Assembly (NCBI GenBank): GCA_046732835.1
Contig: JBKPNY010000122.1
Span: 14,004-78,003 of the forward strand
DNA: 64,000 nucleotides
Direction of reading: 5' to 3'
From: Gemmatimonadota bacterium
GTDB lineage: Bacteria > Gemmatimonadota > Gemmatimonadetes > Gemmatimonadales > Gemmatimonadaceae
Shown: positions 1 through 9,400 of the stretch, in pieces
How positions within the stretch are numbered: position 1 is the stretch's first letter
How the letters are laid out: each line of letters opens with the position of its first letter
The notes under the pieces: model-generated
The model's input: the letters and a program-made list of their open reading frames with translations, nothing else
What the model was told of the DNA's origin: nothing
The model's database searches: none
Program-made: the position numbers and the translations under genes

Positions 1-1
1 C

Positions 2-1399
2 GGAAACCTCGCGCACCGCCTGATCGGCGGGAGCTTCGTAGCGACCACATCGGCTGGTTTCTCCCAAGGCCGTCGTCAGACGAATCTCGTCAACAACATC
101 GGCCGCGGTGTGTTCCCCGGAGTCACCTCGATCGGCTCCGCGGTGCAGCAGTTCATCCTTCAGACACAGGACATAGCGAAGGATTTCAGCATCTACGGCC
201 AGGAAGAATTCCTGACACTTGGTGAGCGCCTTTTCCTGACCGGTGGTATAAACGCCGAGCGCACGAGTAACAACGGCGACGACGCGAAGTTCTACACGTA
301 TCCGAAAGCATCCGCGTCATATCGTGTACCTGACATCATCCCGCGTGTCTCTGAGCTCAAGCTGCGTCTCGCCTGGGGCAAGGCAGGGAATCAGCCGACG
401 GCCGGTAAGTATACGCTTCTCACACAGCTCTTTGATGAAGGACGCGGTGGCAACCGCGCGTCTACGATCAAAGGCCTCCCGGGAATCAAGCCTGAGACTG
501 CTACCGAGCTCGAAGGCGGTGTCGACCTTCAGGCATTCAATGGACGCGTCACCTTCTCGGCGACTCAGTTCCGCAAGTCGATTTCCGACCTTCTTCTTAC
601 TGCTGCGCTTGCACCATCCACCGGATTTACCACTCAGTGGATCAACGGCGGCAAGATTGTCAACAATGGAACAGAGCTCGAGCTGGGACTGACTCCAATT
701 TCGCGAGGAAGACTTTCCTGGATATCGCACACAACCTTCTCTCGCGTGAAGGGTAAGGTTACGGAGCTTCCAGTCCCAGGCTTCATTTCGGGCCCCGGAT
801 CGTTCGGAAGTCGCTTCGGCAACGGATTTATCGAGAAGGGTCAGTCTCCTTCAGTCATTCAGGCCGTGAACAGCTGCACTGAGCTCTCCGCCAACGGCAC
901 GTGCGCGGTGCAGAATCGAGTTCTCGAGTTCGTTGGAGATGCATTGCCCGATTTCACTATGGGCTTCAATAACGACATCACCCTTGGACCGGTCGTATTC
1001 TCGACGCTCGTTGACTGGAGAAAGGGCGGACTAGGCGTCAACCTCACGAACAACTACTTCGACGGCGGATTGCTCGCCGATACCGCGGTTGGAAATGCGC
1101 GGCTTCGTGGCTTTGCCGCGGGGAAGGCCGTATACATCGAGCCAACCGGTTTCGTGAAACTTCGCGAAGCACGTCTCGCTTATGAAATGCCGGCTTCGTT
1201 TGTAAGCCGAGTCTTCAACGGCCGCGCGCAATCTGCACGGATCGAGCTGACGGGGCGTAATCTCCTGACGTCGACGAAATACACGGGCCTCGATCCAGAG
1301 GTGTCAAACTTCGGGAACGGCGCACTCGGAAGGATTCAGGATGTAACCCCGTATCCGCCGTCGCGAACGTTCTACTTTGCCATCAACACAACCTTCTAG
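2..1399 (+). CDS. SusC/RagA-type TonB-dependent outer-membrane transporter, C-terminal barrel part (5' end lies outside the window)
   Basis: The frame is open from the window edge, with no stop from nt 2 to the TAG at 1397-1399. The GTG at 110 offered by the ORF track is therefore internal. The protein ends ...RTFYFAINTTF (terminal Phe of OM barrels). It carries the motif LTGRNLLTSTKYTGLDPEV, which recurs in the three complete SusC-like genes here (IGRNLYTWTNYSGFDPEV, VGRNLKTWTDFRGFDPES, AGRNLHTWTKYTGFDPEV). A SusD-like gene follows 20 nt later. Confidence 0.85.
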   Translation, partial: GNLAHRLIGGSFVATTSAGFSQGRRQTNLVNNIGRGVFPGVTSIGSAVQQFILQTQDIAKDFSIYGQEEFLTLGERLFLTGGINAERTSNNGDDAKFYTYPKASASYRVPDIIPRVSELKLRLAWGKAGNQPTAGKYTLLTQLFDEGRGGNRASTIKGLPGIKPETATELEGGVDLQAFNGRVTFSATQFRKSISDLLLTAALAPSTGFTTQWINGGKIVNNGTELELGLTPISRGRLSWISHTTFSRVKGKVTELPVPGFISGPGSFGSRFGNGFIEKGQSPSVIQAVNSCTELSANGTCAVQNRVLEFVGDALPDFTMGFNNDITLGPVVFSTLVDWRKGGLGVNLTNNYFDGGLLADTAVGNARLRGFAAGKAVYIEPTGFVKLREARLAYEMPASFVSRVFNGRAQSARIELTGRNLLTSTKYTGLDPEVSNFGNGALGRIQDVTPYPPSRTFYFAINTTF

Positions 1400-1418
1400 A
1401 CATCGAGTGATCACACAC

Positions 1419-2846
1419 ATGAAGAAATACACCATACTTGCAGTCTCGCTTGCCGGTTTTGTGGCGGCGGGCTGCAAGGACAGCACAGGTGTGTTGCCGC
1501 TGGATAATGCGCGCATCGAAGAGGTTACCGGCAAGCCACTGGTTCGCAGTACTCTGCAATTTCTTGCGACTGGAGTACTTGCTCAGGATCGCTCCGGTGT
1601 AGTCGGCACACCTACATACATTGTTCTTGCGAGCATATTTGGCCGCGACGCAATCAGATTGGATGCCTCCGAACCTCGCTACGTGGGTGAGACCCTGGCG
1701 ACCAATCCTGATCCGGGAAGCTTTGCAGGCGGCGGCGGATTTGCTGGATTCTACACCGCGATCAGAGCAGCCAACACCGTCATCAAGGTTCTCCCCGGTG
1801 CGGCTGAGGGCGAGTTTACTGATCAAGAGAAAGCGGCGACTACAGGTTTCATGAGAACCATGAAGGCGCTGGACTATATGCGTGTCATCGAGCTTCGTGA
1901 CACCGTCGGTGTGCCGATTCAGGCTGACGACAACGACACCCTTACGCCGGTGATGTGCAAGACGCCGGTACTGGCATATATCGCGTCGCTCCTCGATAGC
2001 GCGAATGCCGATTTCACATCGGCTGGCGCGTCGACGAAACTGCCGTTCGTGCTCCCGACCGGGTTCACCACGTTCGGGCGCGATTATTCGGTAGTCAGCA
2101 ACCTTGTTCTTTTCAATCGCGCTCTGAAGGGAAAGAACGATGTATATCGCGCGATCGACCGGAAGACGAAGCAAACTGCGCGAGCTACGGACGCAATTGC
2201 TGAGCTGACACAGGCACTTGGCGGTGCCGCCCCCGGAGCGGTTCCGGGGACGCAGTTTAACACTGGCGTCTGGTACAAGTTTGTTGCCGGTGGATCTGAA
2301 GCGACTCCCAACAATCGATCTGATTCGCGACTAGGTCTCAATACGATGGTTCGTGACAGCGTACTCTCGACCGACACACGCAAGTCAAAAATTATTTCAC
2401 GTTCGACGCTTTCGGGTCAGGGCCTGCTTAACCCGACGAACGTGACGTGCCTCGGCTGCACTGCTACGTCGGCGAATCAGGAAGCACCACTCGCACTGCT
2501 GCGTGACGAAGAGCTGGTACTTCTTCGTGCGCAGGCGTACATCGAAGCAGGAAATCTGGCGGCGGCAACTGCTGACTTGAACTCGGTGCACACCTTCTAC
2601 GGCAATCCAGCGTACCCGGTTTTCGCCACAAAGGATGCTGCAATCACCGCCGTGCTTTATGACAAGCGTTACTCATTCCTGTTGGAAGGTCCACGCCGTC
2701 TCGTCGATCTCCGCGAATACGGCCGTTTGAACCCGACGTATTTCCGCAAGGAGACTGCGACAGATCCGTACAATGCAGCCTTCCCGCTGCCGCGTGCGGA
2801 ACTGAATGCTCGGGGATTGCAGAACAATCCGCAGTGCACCAATTGA
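1419..2846 (+). CDS. SusD/RagB-type nutrient-binding outer-membrane lipoprotein
   Basis: The ATG at 1419 gives MKKYTILAVSLAGFVAAGC (signal peptide plus lipobox Cys). The ORF-track start at 1377 would overlap the SusC stop. The C-terminal region (EELVLLRAQAYIEAGNLAAATADLNSV) resembles the SusD/RagB helical pattern, and the gene sits directly after a SusC-like gene. Confidence 0.75.
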   Translation: MKKYTILAVSLAGFVAAGCKDSTGVLPLDNARIEEVTGKPLVRSTLQFLATGVLAQDRSGVVGTPTYIVLASIFGRDAIRLDASEPRYVGETLATNPDPGSFAGGGGFAGFYTAIRAANTVIKVLPGAAEGEFTDQEKAATTGFMRTMKALDYMRVIELRDTVGVPIQADDNDTLTPVMCKTPVLAYIASLLDSANADFTSAGASTKLPFVLPTGFTTFGRDYSVVSNLVLFNRALKGKNDVYRAIDRKTKQTARATDAIAELTQALGGAAPGAVPGTQFNTGVWYKFVAGGSEATPNNRSDSRLGLNTMVRDSVLSTDTRKSKIISRSTLSGQGLLNPTNVTCLGCTATSANQEAPLALLRDEELVLLRAQAYIEAGNLAAATADLNSVHTFYGNPAYPVFATKDAAITAVLYDKRYSFLLEGPRRLVDLREYGRLNPTYFRKETATDPYNAAFPLPRAELNARGLQNNPQCTN

Positions 2847-2861
2847 TCGATTAAGTGCAGG

Positions 2862-2894
2862 AACGGCCCCGGATTTCCGGGGCCGTTTTTGTTT
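2862..2894 (+). terminator. Rho-independent terminator after SusCD pair 1
   Basis: Perfect 11-bp GC-rich stem aacggccccgg / ccggggccgtt with loop attt (2862-2887), followed by tttttgttt. Confidence 0.85.
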
Positions 2895-2978
2895 AGCGGA
2901 CCAGTTGATGGAAAGTGCTATCTAGCGCGGGTCATAGACGGTGTACAATTTCGAAGAGATCTTTGATTGGAGCGGATC

Positions 2979-3377
2979 ATGAGATGCCTCCAGACAGTCG
3001 CGATTGCATCAGTGTTTTTTTTCACGGCATGCGCCGGACAGAAGAGTTCTGGCCCGGGCATTCCGATAGAGCGCGATGTTATAACAGCAGACGAGATCGA
3101 GGCATCAAAGACGGAGAGCACCGCTTCGGCCTACGATGTTGTCAAGCGTCTGAGAGGCAACTTCCTGAGTTATCGTGGGCGTACAAGTCTGAAGAACACG
3201 TCGTCCCCTGATCCGACAGTGTATCTGGACGATCAAGCATATGGCCCAATCGCATCTCTGAGAAACATTCCAGCATCCCAAGTTGCGTATATCCGACTCT
3301 ACCGATCATGGGAGGCGGCGACCAAGTTCGGCATGGGAAACATGGGCGGGGTCATCGCGGTTGCAACTAAGCAGTAG
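2979..3377 (+). CDS. Small stand-alone TonB-receptor Plug-domain lipoprotein (no beta-barrel), paralog P1
   Basis: The ATG at 2979 is preceded by ggag. The N-terminus is MRCLQTVAIASVFFFTAC (lipobox). The body follows the Plug pattern: VITADEIE...AYDVVKRLRGNF...VYLDDQ...IPASQVAYIRLY...GGVIAVATK. At only about 132 aa there is no room for a barrel. Confidence 0.6.
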   Translation: MRCLQTVAIASVFFFTACAGQKSSGPGIPIERDVITADEIEASKTESTASAYDVVKRLRGNFLSYRGRTSLKNTSSPDPTVYLDDQAYGPIASLRNIPASQVAYIRLYRSWEAATKFGMGNMGGVIAVATKQ

Positions 3378-3517
3378 CGCGCTTCACAAACAGCAGGGTT
3401 GTAAAGTTGCGGACACGACCCTACTTTTTTCAATTGCCTGACGGAACGCTTTCACATCGCTAACCGAGAGCCGGTCTATGCGATGCGAAGCACATGCCTT
3501 TGCGGGAGCTCGTCCCT

Positions 3518-4216
3518 ATGAACCTACGCAGTCTACTCCGTACTTCCACAGTGTTGCTCGCGGCCGCAACGATGGCATGCGAGAAGGACGATCCAGTTTC
3601 GATCGCTCCTGAACAGCGTTTCACAGTCACACCTCTTTTCACCGGTATCGACCTCGGCGGCACTGAGCAGCTCACCGCGCAGATCGGCTCGAACCCTGTT
3701 CCAGTAACCTGGGAGAGCAGCGACCCGACGGTCGCCACTGTCGATGCCAACGGACTGGTGACCTCCCTCAAGGTTGGTTTCACCGCCGTCACAGCAACCC
3801 AGGTAGCCAATCCGTCGCAGAAGATCTCGGCCAACATCACCGTTCAGCCGGTAGTGCCGAGCACTCTGCTGCAGAACAATGTTCCGCTTGTCGTCTCCAG
3901 CAATGGAGCATTCCTGAGCCTTGCCCTGTATCGCATTTCGGTGCCAGCGGGCAAGACAAAGCTCACCGTCACAACATCTGGTCCGATCGACAAGGACCTG
4001 GATCTGCTCGTTAGAAAGGGAGCAGCACCAACCACGAATAACAGTACATTCGCTGTTACGGCTGACTGCTATTCCGGCGGTCTGAACACCAACGAGTCCT
4101 GCACCTTCCCGGATGCTGCCAAGCAGATCCCAGCTGCAAGCAAGGGCACGTACTACATCGGACTCTGGCTTTTCGATCAGTATTCTGGCGTAACACTGAC
4201 GGCCAAGTACGAATAA
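3518..4216 (+). CDS. Lipoprotein with a bacterial Ig-like (Big_2) domain and a pre-peptidase C-terminal (PPC)-like domain
   Basis: The ATG at 3518 gives MNLRSLLRTSTVLLAAATMAC (lipobox). VTWESSDPTVATVDANGLVTSLKVGFTAVTA is a classic Big_2 motif. The C-terminal part (YRISVPAGKTKLTVTTSGPIDKDLDLLVRKG...GTYYIGLWLFDQYSGVTLTAKY) matches the PPC pattern. Confidence 0.6.
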   Translation: MNLRSLLRTSTVLLAAATMACEKDDPVSIAPEQRFTVTPLFTGIDLGGTEQLTAQIGSNPVPVTWESSDPTVATVDANGLVTSLKVGFTAVTATQVANPSQKISANITVQPVVPSTLLQNNVPLVVSSNGAFLSLALYRISVPAGKTKLTVTTSGPIDKDLDLLVRKGAAPTTNNSTFAVTADCYSGGLNTNESCTFPDAAKQIPAASKGTYYIGLWLFDQYSGVTLTAKYE

Positions 4217-4252
4217 AAAGAGGTAGCAGAACGCAAGAGACCTGAAAACGAG

Positions 4253-4283
4253 AAACCCTCCGGATAACCGGAGGGTTTTTTGT
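4253..4283. terminator. Terminator hairpin between convergent genes (inner hairpin of a nested structure)
   Basis: Perfect 11-bp stem aaaccctccgg / ccggagggttt with loop ataa, followed by a T run. It lies between the stop at 4216 (+) and the stop at 4354 (-). It is enclosed by an 18-bp outer inverted repeat (4221-4239 / 4291-4308). Confidence 0.8.
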
Positions 4284-4353
4284 TCCGACACTCTGCGTTC
4301 TGCTACCTCTTGCGTGTTGGCGCGAATGCGCGCCAACCTCTGTTAACCTCTTA

Positions 4354-4872
4354 TTAGCCCTTTCTAAGGTTAGCGCAGGTCATCACGTCCGAGATCTGCG
4401 TTCCCGATCCCCAGTAGATGTTCACGTGATAGGTGCCGTTGTCCGGCAGCTCGAGCGACATCTCTCCATCCAGCTGTCCGCGTCCGTTGTTCCCAACCTC
4501 GATGACAGGGAATCGCTCGACGCCAACAAGTGGGAGCGAGCCCGTTCCGCAGCGGCCGGGGAGGACTGCCCAGTTCAGTGATGCCGCGCTCGACAGTGGA
4601 GTTGAGACCTGGATCGAAATTGCGGTGCGCGCCATTCCCTTCGAGGAGAGACGCACGCTGCCGAAAGCCTTGTTCTGTCCAGTGGGTCCGAGTCCACCCG
4701 AATTCTGCTGCATGGGCTGAAGGGCGCCCGACCATACTACCGGGCCGGCCGAGGCCGAGGTCGATACGCTCGCGGTGGGCACGCTAGCCGCAGAATCAGT
4801 AACAGGCTTTGACGAAGCGCACGCGGCGACTGCGGCGACGGATGCCGGCAAGCACAGAAGTCTGAGTCTCAT
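4354..4872 (-). CDS. Hypothetical lipoprotein
   Basis: The ATG at 4872 gives MRLRLLCLPASVAAVAAC (lipobox). This is followed by a Ser/Ala-rich linker and a roughly 120-aa domain that I do not recognise. The ORF-track start at 4914 adds 14 unlikely residues. Confidence 0.5.
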   Translation of the reverse strand: MRLRLLCLPASVAAVAACASSKPVTDSAASVPTASVSTSASAGPVVWSGALQPMQQNSGGLGPTGQNKAFGSVRLSSKGMARTAISIQVSTPLSSAASLNWAVLPGRCGTGSLPLVGVERFPVIEVGNNGRGQLDGEMSLELPDNGTYHVNIYWGSGTQISDVMTCANLRKG

Positions 4873-5056
4873 TGGAGTCCTTATTGAGATGTTGGCGGAA
4901 AAAAGTTCGCGCATTCTCGAACACGGTTAGCATGCGGAAGTTCCACTGTCAATGCAACGGCCTCGGCCGGGAAACCATTCCACAGCTGAAACGTATCAAA
5001 CATCAGGATGCGTTCGTTCTTGACGGTGCCATGTACCCGCATCATTACTTAATCCA

Positions 5057-6184
5057 ATGACAGCACGCGCGGTATTGTCGGCAGCATTTCTCCTCTCCAC
5101 GATCTCTCTTGTGCCCGTGAATGCTTTCGCGCAGGCGCGCGGCACGATCACGGGAACTGTGCGCGATTCTGCCGGTGCGATTGCCTTCGCCGAGATTTCG
5201 ATGGTGGGCACCGATGCAACAGTCATGACGGATGAAACCGGGCGCTTCCGCTTTACTGGAGTTCCTTTCGGCTCCGTCGAATTGAAGGCGCGCCGCATCG
5301 GTTACACTCCTGCAACTCAGACAATACAGTTCGCGAAAGGCACTGATCCAGTCATTGAGATTCTCATGTCGGCCGCGCCTGGCTACCTGCCTGCAGTCGA
5401 AGTTCACGAGCCGCGCCAGGTTTACGATTCTAGACTGCAGGGCTTCAAGGACAGAAGCACCAAAGGCGTTGGTTATTTCATAACTCGCGAGCGACTCGAC
5501 AAGCTGAACTCATTCCGTATGGTCGACGTCATTCGCGACATCCCGGGAGTCCGCATTCGCACTCTCCGGGGCGGCGGAAATACCCTTACGCTTCGCGGCG
5601 CACAATGTCCGCCGCTGCTTTTCGTCGATGGGAACCCGGCAGGCGCGGGAGCAGTCGACCTCGAGATGTTCGACCTCGGAATGGTCGAAGGAATCGAAGT
5701 CTATTCAGGTCTTGCGAGCCTGCCCCCCGAGTTTGTCACTGCACGCGGTATCGACAGGTGCGGCGTGATTGCGATCTGGTCCAAGCCGTACCGGCCAAAG
5801 CCGAAAAAAGTCATGGCAAACCTGACTCCGAAATCGCCGGCACTGGACAGCATTTTCAATGCGATGTCCATCTTTACCGTGGATCAGGTCGACACGCCTG
5901 CATCGCTAATCGCGGGGTCTGCGATTCCGCAATATCCGGATTCCCTCTGGCGCCAGGGAATTGCGGGAAAGGTTGTGATCGAGCTTGTCGTGAATGGAGA
6001 CGGCAACCTGGATCCGGCGTCGGTCAATCTCGTTTCCTCTACACATCAGCTTTTCACTGACGCGGTTCAGCAGTCCCTGGCGACGGCTAAGTTCAAGGCG
6101 GCCACCCTGAGATCGCGTCCGGTCCGACAGATTCTGCAGGTCCCGTTTGTCTTCAAGGCCGAGAAAGTCTCTCAGAATCACTGA
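5057..6184 (+). CDS. Secreted fusion protein: carboxypeptidase-regulatory-like domain + TonB-receptor Plug domain + TonB C-terminal domain (no barrel, no TonB membrane anchor), paralog F1
   Basis: - Signal peptide ...LVPVNAFA/QA.
- GTITGTVRDSAG...TDETGRFRFTGVPFGSVELKARRIGY is a CarboxypepD_reg-like fold motif.
- GYFITRERLDKLNSFRMVDVIRDIPGVRIRT...LLFVDGNP...VEGIEVYSG...GVIAIWSK is the Plug pattern.
- The C-terminus PQYPDSLWRQGIAGKVVIELVVNGDGNLDPASVNLVSSTHQLFTDAVQQSLATAKFKAATLRSRPVRQILQVPFVF is the TonB_C pattern. Confidence 0.65.
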   Translation: MTARAVLSAAFLLSTISLVPVNAFAQARGTITGTVRDSAGAIAFAEISMVGTDATVMTDETGRFRFTGVPFGSVELKARRIGYTPATQTIQFAKGTDPVIEILMSAAPGYLPAVEVHEPRQVYDSRLQGFKDRSTKGVGYFITRERLDKLNSFRMVDVIRDIPGVRIRTLRGGGNTLTLRGAQCPPLLFVDGNPAGAGAVDLEMFDLGMVEGIEVYSGLASLPPEFVTARGIDRCGVIAIWSKPYRPKPKKVMANLTPKSPALDSIFNAMSIFTVDQVDTPASLIAGSAIPQYPDSLWRQGIAGKVVIELVVNGDGNLDPASVNLVSSTHQLFTDAVQQSLATAKFKAATLRSRPVRQILQVPFVFKAEKVSQNH

Positions 6185-6412
6185 GCTGCGACAGCCGTTC
6201 GCCGATCTCTAACGGCCGTTCGCCGAAAACTTTGCAAGTTCTGCCAACAATTGAGCTTGCGGGCTTTTGTACCCCCGTACATTTTTCTGACACATTCCTT
6301 GCCGCAAGGCAATAACACGAATTCGCAATTCTGACCGGACTCCCAGCCGGTGGAATGGCGAGCTCGATGTTTTTGCTGTTTACGGCATCTCAGTTTCCAC
6401 GGGAGGATCGGC

Positions 6413-9400
6413 ATGAAAAAGGTTCGTAAGAGTCTTGCCGCACTTTCGCGCACCGCGCTGTTTCTGGGGCTGTTTGGAGCCTCGAGCGCACTGGCGCAAA
6501 ATGCGGTCATCACAGGTAAGATCACCAACGAGCAGGGGCAGCCGGTTGTAGGTGCCAACGTTGGCCTTCTCAACATGGGACTAGGCACAACGGCAAACTC
6601 GAATGGTGTGTACACGATCACTGTGCCCGACGACCGCGCGAGCGGCCAGCAGGCAACGCTGACCGTGCGTTTCATCGGTATGTCCCCAATCAGCCGCATC
6701 ATCCGCCTTACCCCGGGAAGCCAGAACATCGACTTCGCGATGAAGGCAGATCCGTTCCGCCTCGATGAAGTCGTCGTCACCGGCGTGAGCGCAGCAACAG
6801 AGCAGAAGAAGCTGACAGTTTCAGTTGCACACGTTGGCGAAGAGCAGCTCAAGCAGGTTCCTGCTTCATCACCTGTCGCAGCGCTCGCTGGAAAGGTCGC
6901 CGGCGCCAAGATCAACATCGGCTCGGGTAACCCGGGTGCCGCACCGACGATCCGCCTTCGCGGCTCGACGAACCTCGGCATCGGAAACTCGACTCCGGTC
7001 ATCATCGTCGACGGTGTTCTCACTCAGAACTCGATCGCCGACATCGATGCCAACGACATCGAGTCGGTCGAAGTTCTGAAGGGTGCCGCAGGCGCTTCGT
7101 TCTACGGCTCCGATGCCGCGAACGGTGTCATCAACATCACGACCAAGCGCGGCAAGAACCTGCCGGAAGACAAAGTGTCGTTCATGATCCGCTCGGAATA
7201 CGGCACGTCGTCACTTCAGAAATACATTCCGCTGGCTCACGACAATTTCTGGGAGCTCAATCCGGACGGAAGCATCCGCCTCGATGCAACCGGCGGCCGC
7301 GTGGTCAAGGCTGATCACTTTGCGGACAATCCTTATGCGACAACAGGCCCGAACGCCTGGCGCAACCAGCTCAAGGAATGGTCGAAGAACGGCGAGTTCA
7401 TCTCGGGCAACATTCAGCTCGGAATGCGTCACGGATCGACCAACTTCAACACGTCGTACACCTCCGATCACAATGCCGGTGTTCTGCCCCTTACCAAGGG
7501 TCAGTATCGTCAGAACATCCGCCTGAACGTCGATCAGGGACTGGGCGACAAGCTCGACTTCTCGTCGAGCATCACCTACGGCGTGAACAGAAACGACTAC
7601 GATCCAACTGATTCACAGTCGTGGTTCAACTTCATGCAGATGCCGCCCGACCTGGATCTGCGAAACCCGAATGGCAATGACACGGTAGCCTTCTTCCCGA
7701 AGCTTCCGACCACCAATTCGCCGAGCGCACGCGAGAACCCGCTCTACATTCTCGCGAACAATGACTTCCAGCTCCGCCGTGAGCGCATCATCGGCTCGCT
7801 GTCCGGCCGCTGGCGTCCGACCGACTGGCTCCGCGTCGAAACATCGTATGGCACGGACCGTCTCAATCGTCGCGAAAAGGATTACGATCGCCGTGGCTCA
7901 CTGGGAGAAGGCGGTCAGGCAATCCCTGGTAACATCAGCCAGTTCACGCTCAACAACGTTTCCGACAACGCGACTGTTAACGCTACGATCACCAAGCGAG
8001 TGGGCGAGCTTAACACCACGCTGCGCGGCGCGTACCTGTACGAGCAGAGCCGGAACGACAACTTCTTCGTATCGGGCACACGCTTCAACGTGACCGACGT
8101 TCCGGATCTTGGCGCACTCGATCCGACTCAGCTTGCAACGACGTCGCAGATCGAGATCGCACGCTCGAGCAACTACCTCGGCTCGGCGTCACTTGATTTC
8201 CGTGATCGCTATCTGGTCGACGGACTTGTTCGCAGCGACGGATCTTCACTGTTCGGTGAAGACGCTCGCCGCAACACGTTCTACAGAATCTCCGGTGCGT
8301 ATCGTATCGGCGAGGATCTGAAGATTCCTGGCGTGCAGGAGCTCAAGGTGCGCGCAGCTCGTGGAACCGCGGGACTCCGTCCCAACTTCCTCGATCAGTA
8401 CGAGTACTATACCGTCTCTGGTGGACAGATCTCGAAGACCCAGCTTGGAAACAAGAGCCTCAAGCCTGCAATCCAGACTGAGGACGAGTTCGGTCTCAAC
8501 GCTTCGTTTGCTCATCGCTTCGACCTCGAAGTCGTGCAGGCGAACCGCCTCACCAAGGGCGCTTTCCTCAACATCCCGCTGTCACTCGCGGCCTCCGGCG
8601 GATTCTCGTCGCAGGTTCAGAACGCGGCAGATGTGGAGGGAAAAACAACAGAGCTTTCGCTCAACACGCGCGTGTTCAGCCGTCCTGATTTCAGCTATGA
8701 CTTCACGCTGACGGGCGACCACACAACGCAGAAGATCAACAAGCTCGGCCGCGCTCCGTTCCGCGTGAACGCCGGTGGCCAGAGCCAGGACGTGTTCTAC
8801 TACAAGGAAGGCGAGAACCTCGGCGTGATCTACGGACAGCGTCTTGTCCGCACGTTCGCTGAGCTCAAGGACAACCCGGCGAACGCGAACGCAGTCGAGT
8901 CCGACTACGTCGTCAATCCGCTTGGACTCCTTGTAAAGGCAAGCACCCGTGGTCTCCCAACCGAGCGCCCGATTGTTTACACGGCGCCTGATGGCCAGAC
9001 AACGGTCAAGATTGGAGACGTGAATCCCAAGTTCAACTTTGGATTCGCGAACAACATCCGCTTCAAGGGCTTCGGTGTGTACGCACTGCTCGACGGCCAG
9101 CACGGCGGCGACGTGTACAACTTCACCAAGCAGTGGATGTTCCAGGATCTCCGTCACGGCGATTCCGACATGGCAGGCAAGCCGCAGGATCAGAAGATCG
9201 CGATGGACTTCTTCTCAGCGGGACTCTACAACGGTCTCGTTGCCAGCGACTACTTCGTCGAGGATGGTTCGTACGTGAAGCTCCGCGAGCTTTCGGTCAG
9301 CTACACGCTTGGCCAGAAGATGCTGGCGCAGACGGGCCTCGGCCGTATCACGAGCGGTGTCAAGCTCGCGCTCATCGGTCGCAACCTGTACACCTGGACC

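Noticed and set aside
1383-2174. 263-aa antisense ORF inside the SusD-like gene. Similar long shadow ORFs occur at 3533-4336, 6178-7023, 15092-15769, 30243-30857, 39771-40412, 47115-47969, 49638-50603 and 55413-56027.
   Set aside because: All overlap confidently assigned genes. They have Arg/Cys/His-rich composition without recognisable motifs, which is expected from stop-poor alternative frames in GC-rich DNA.
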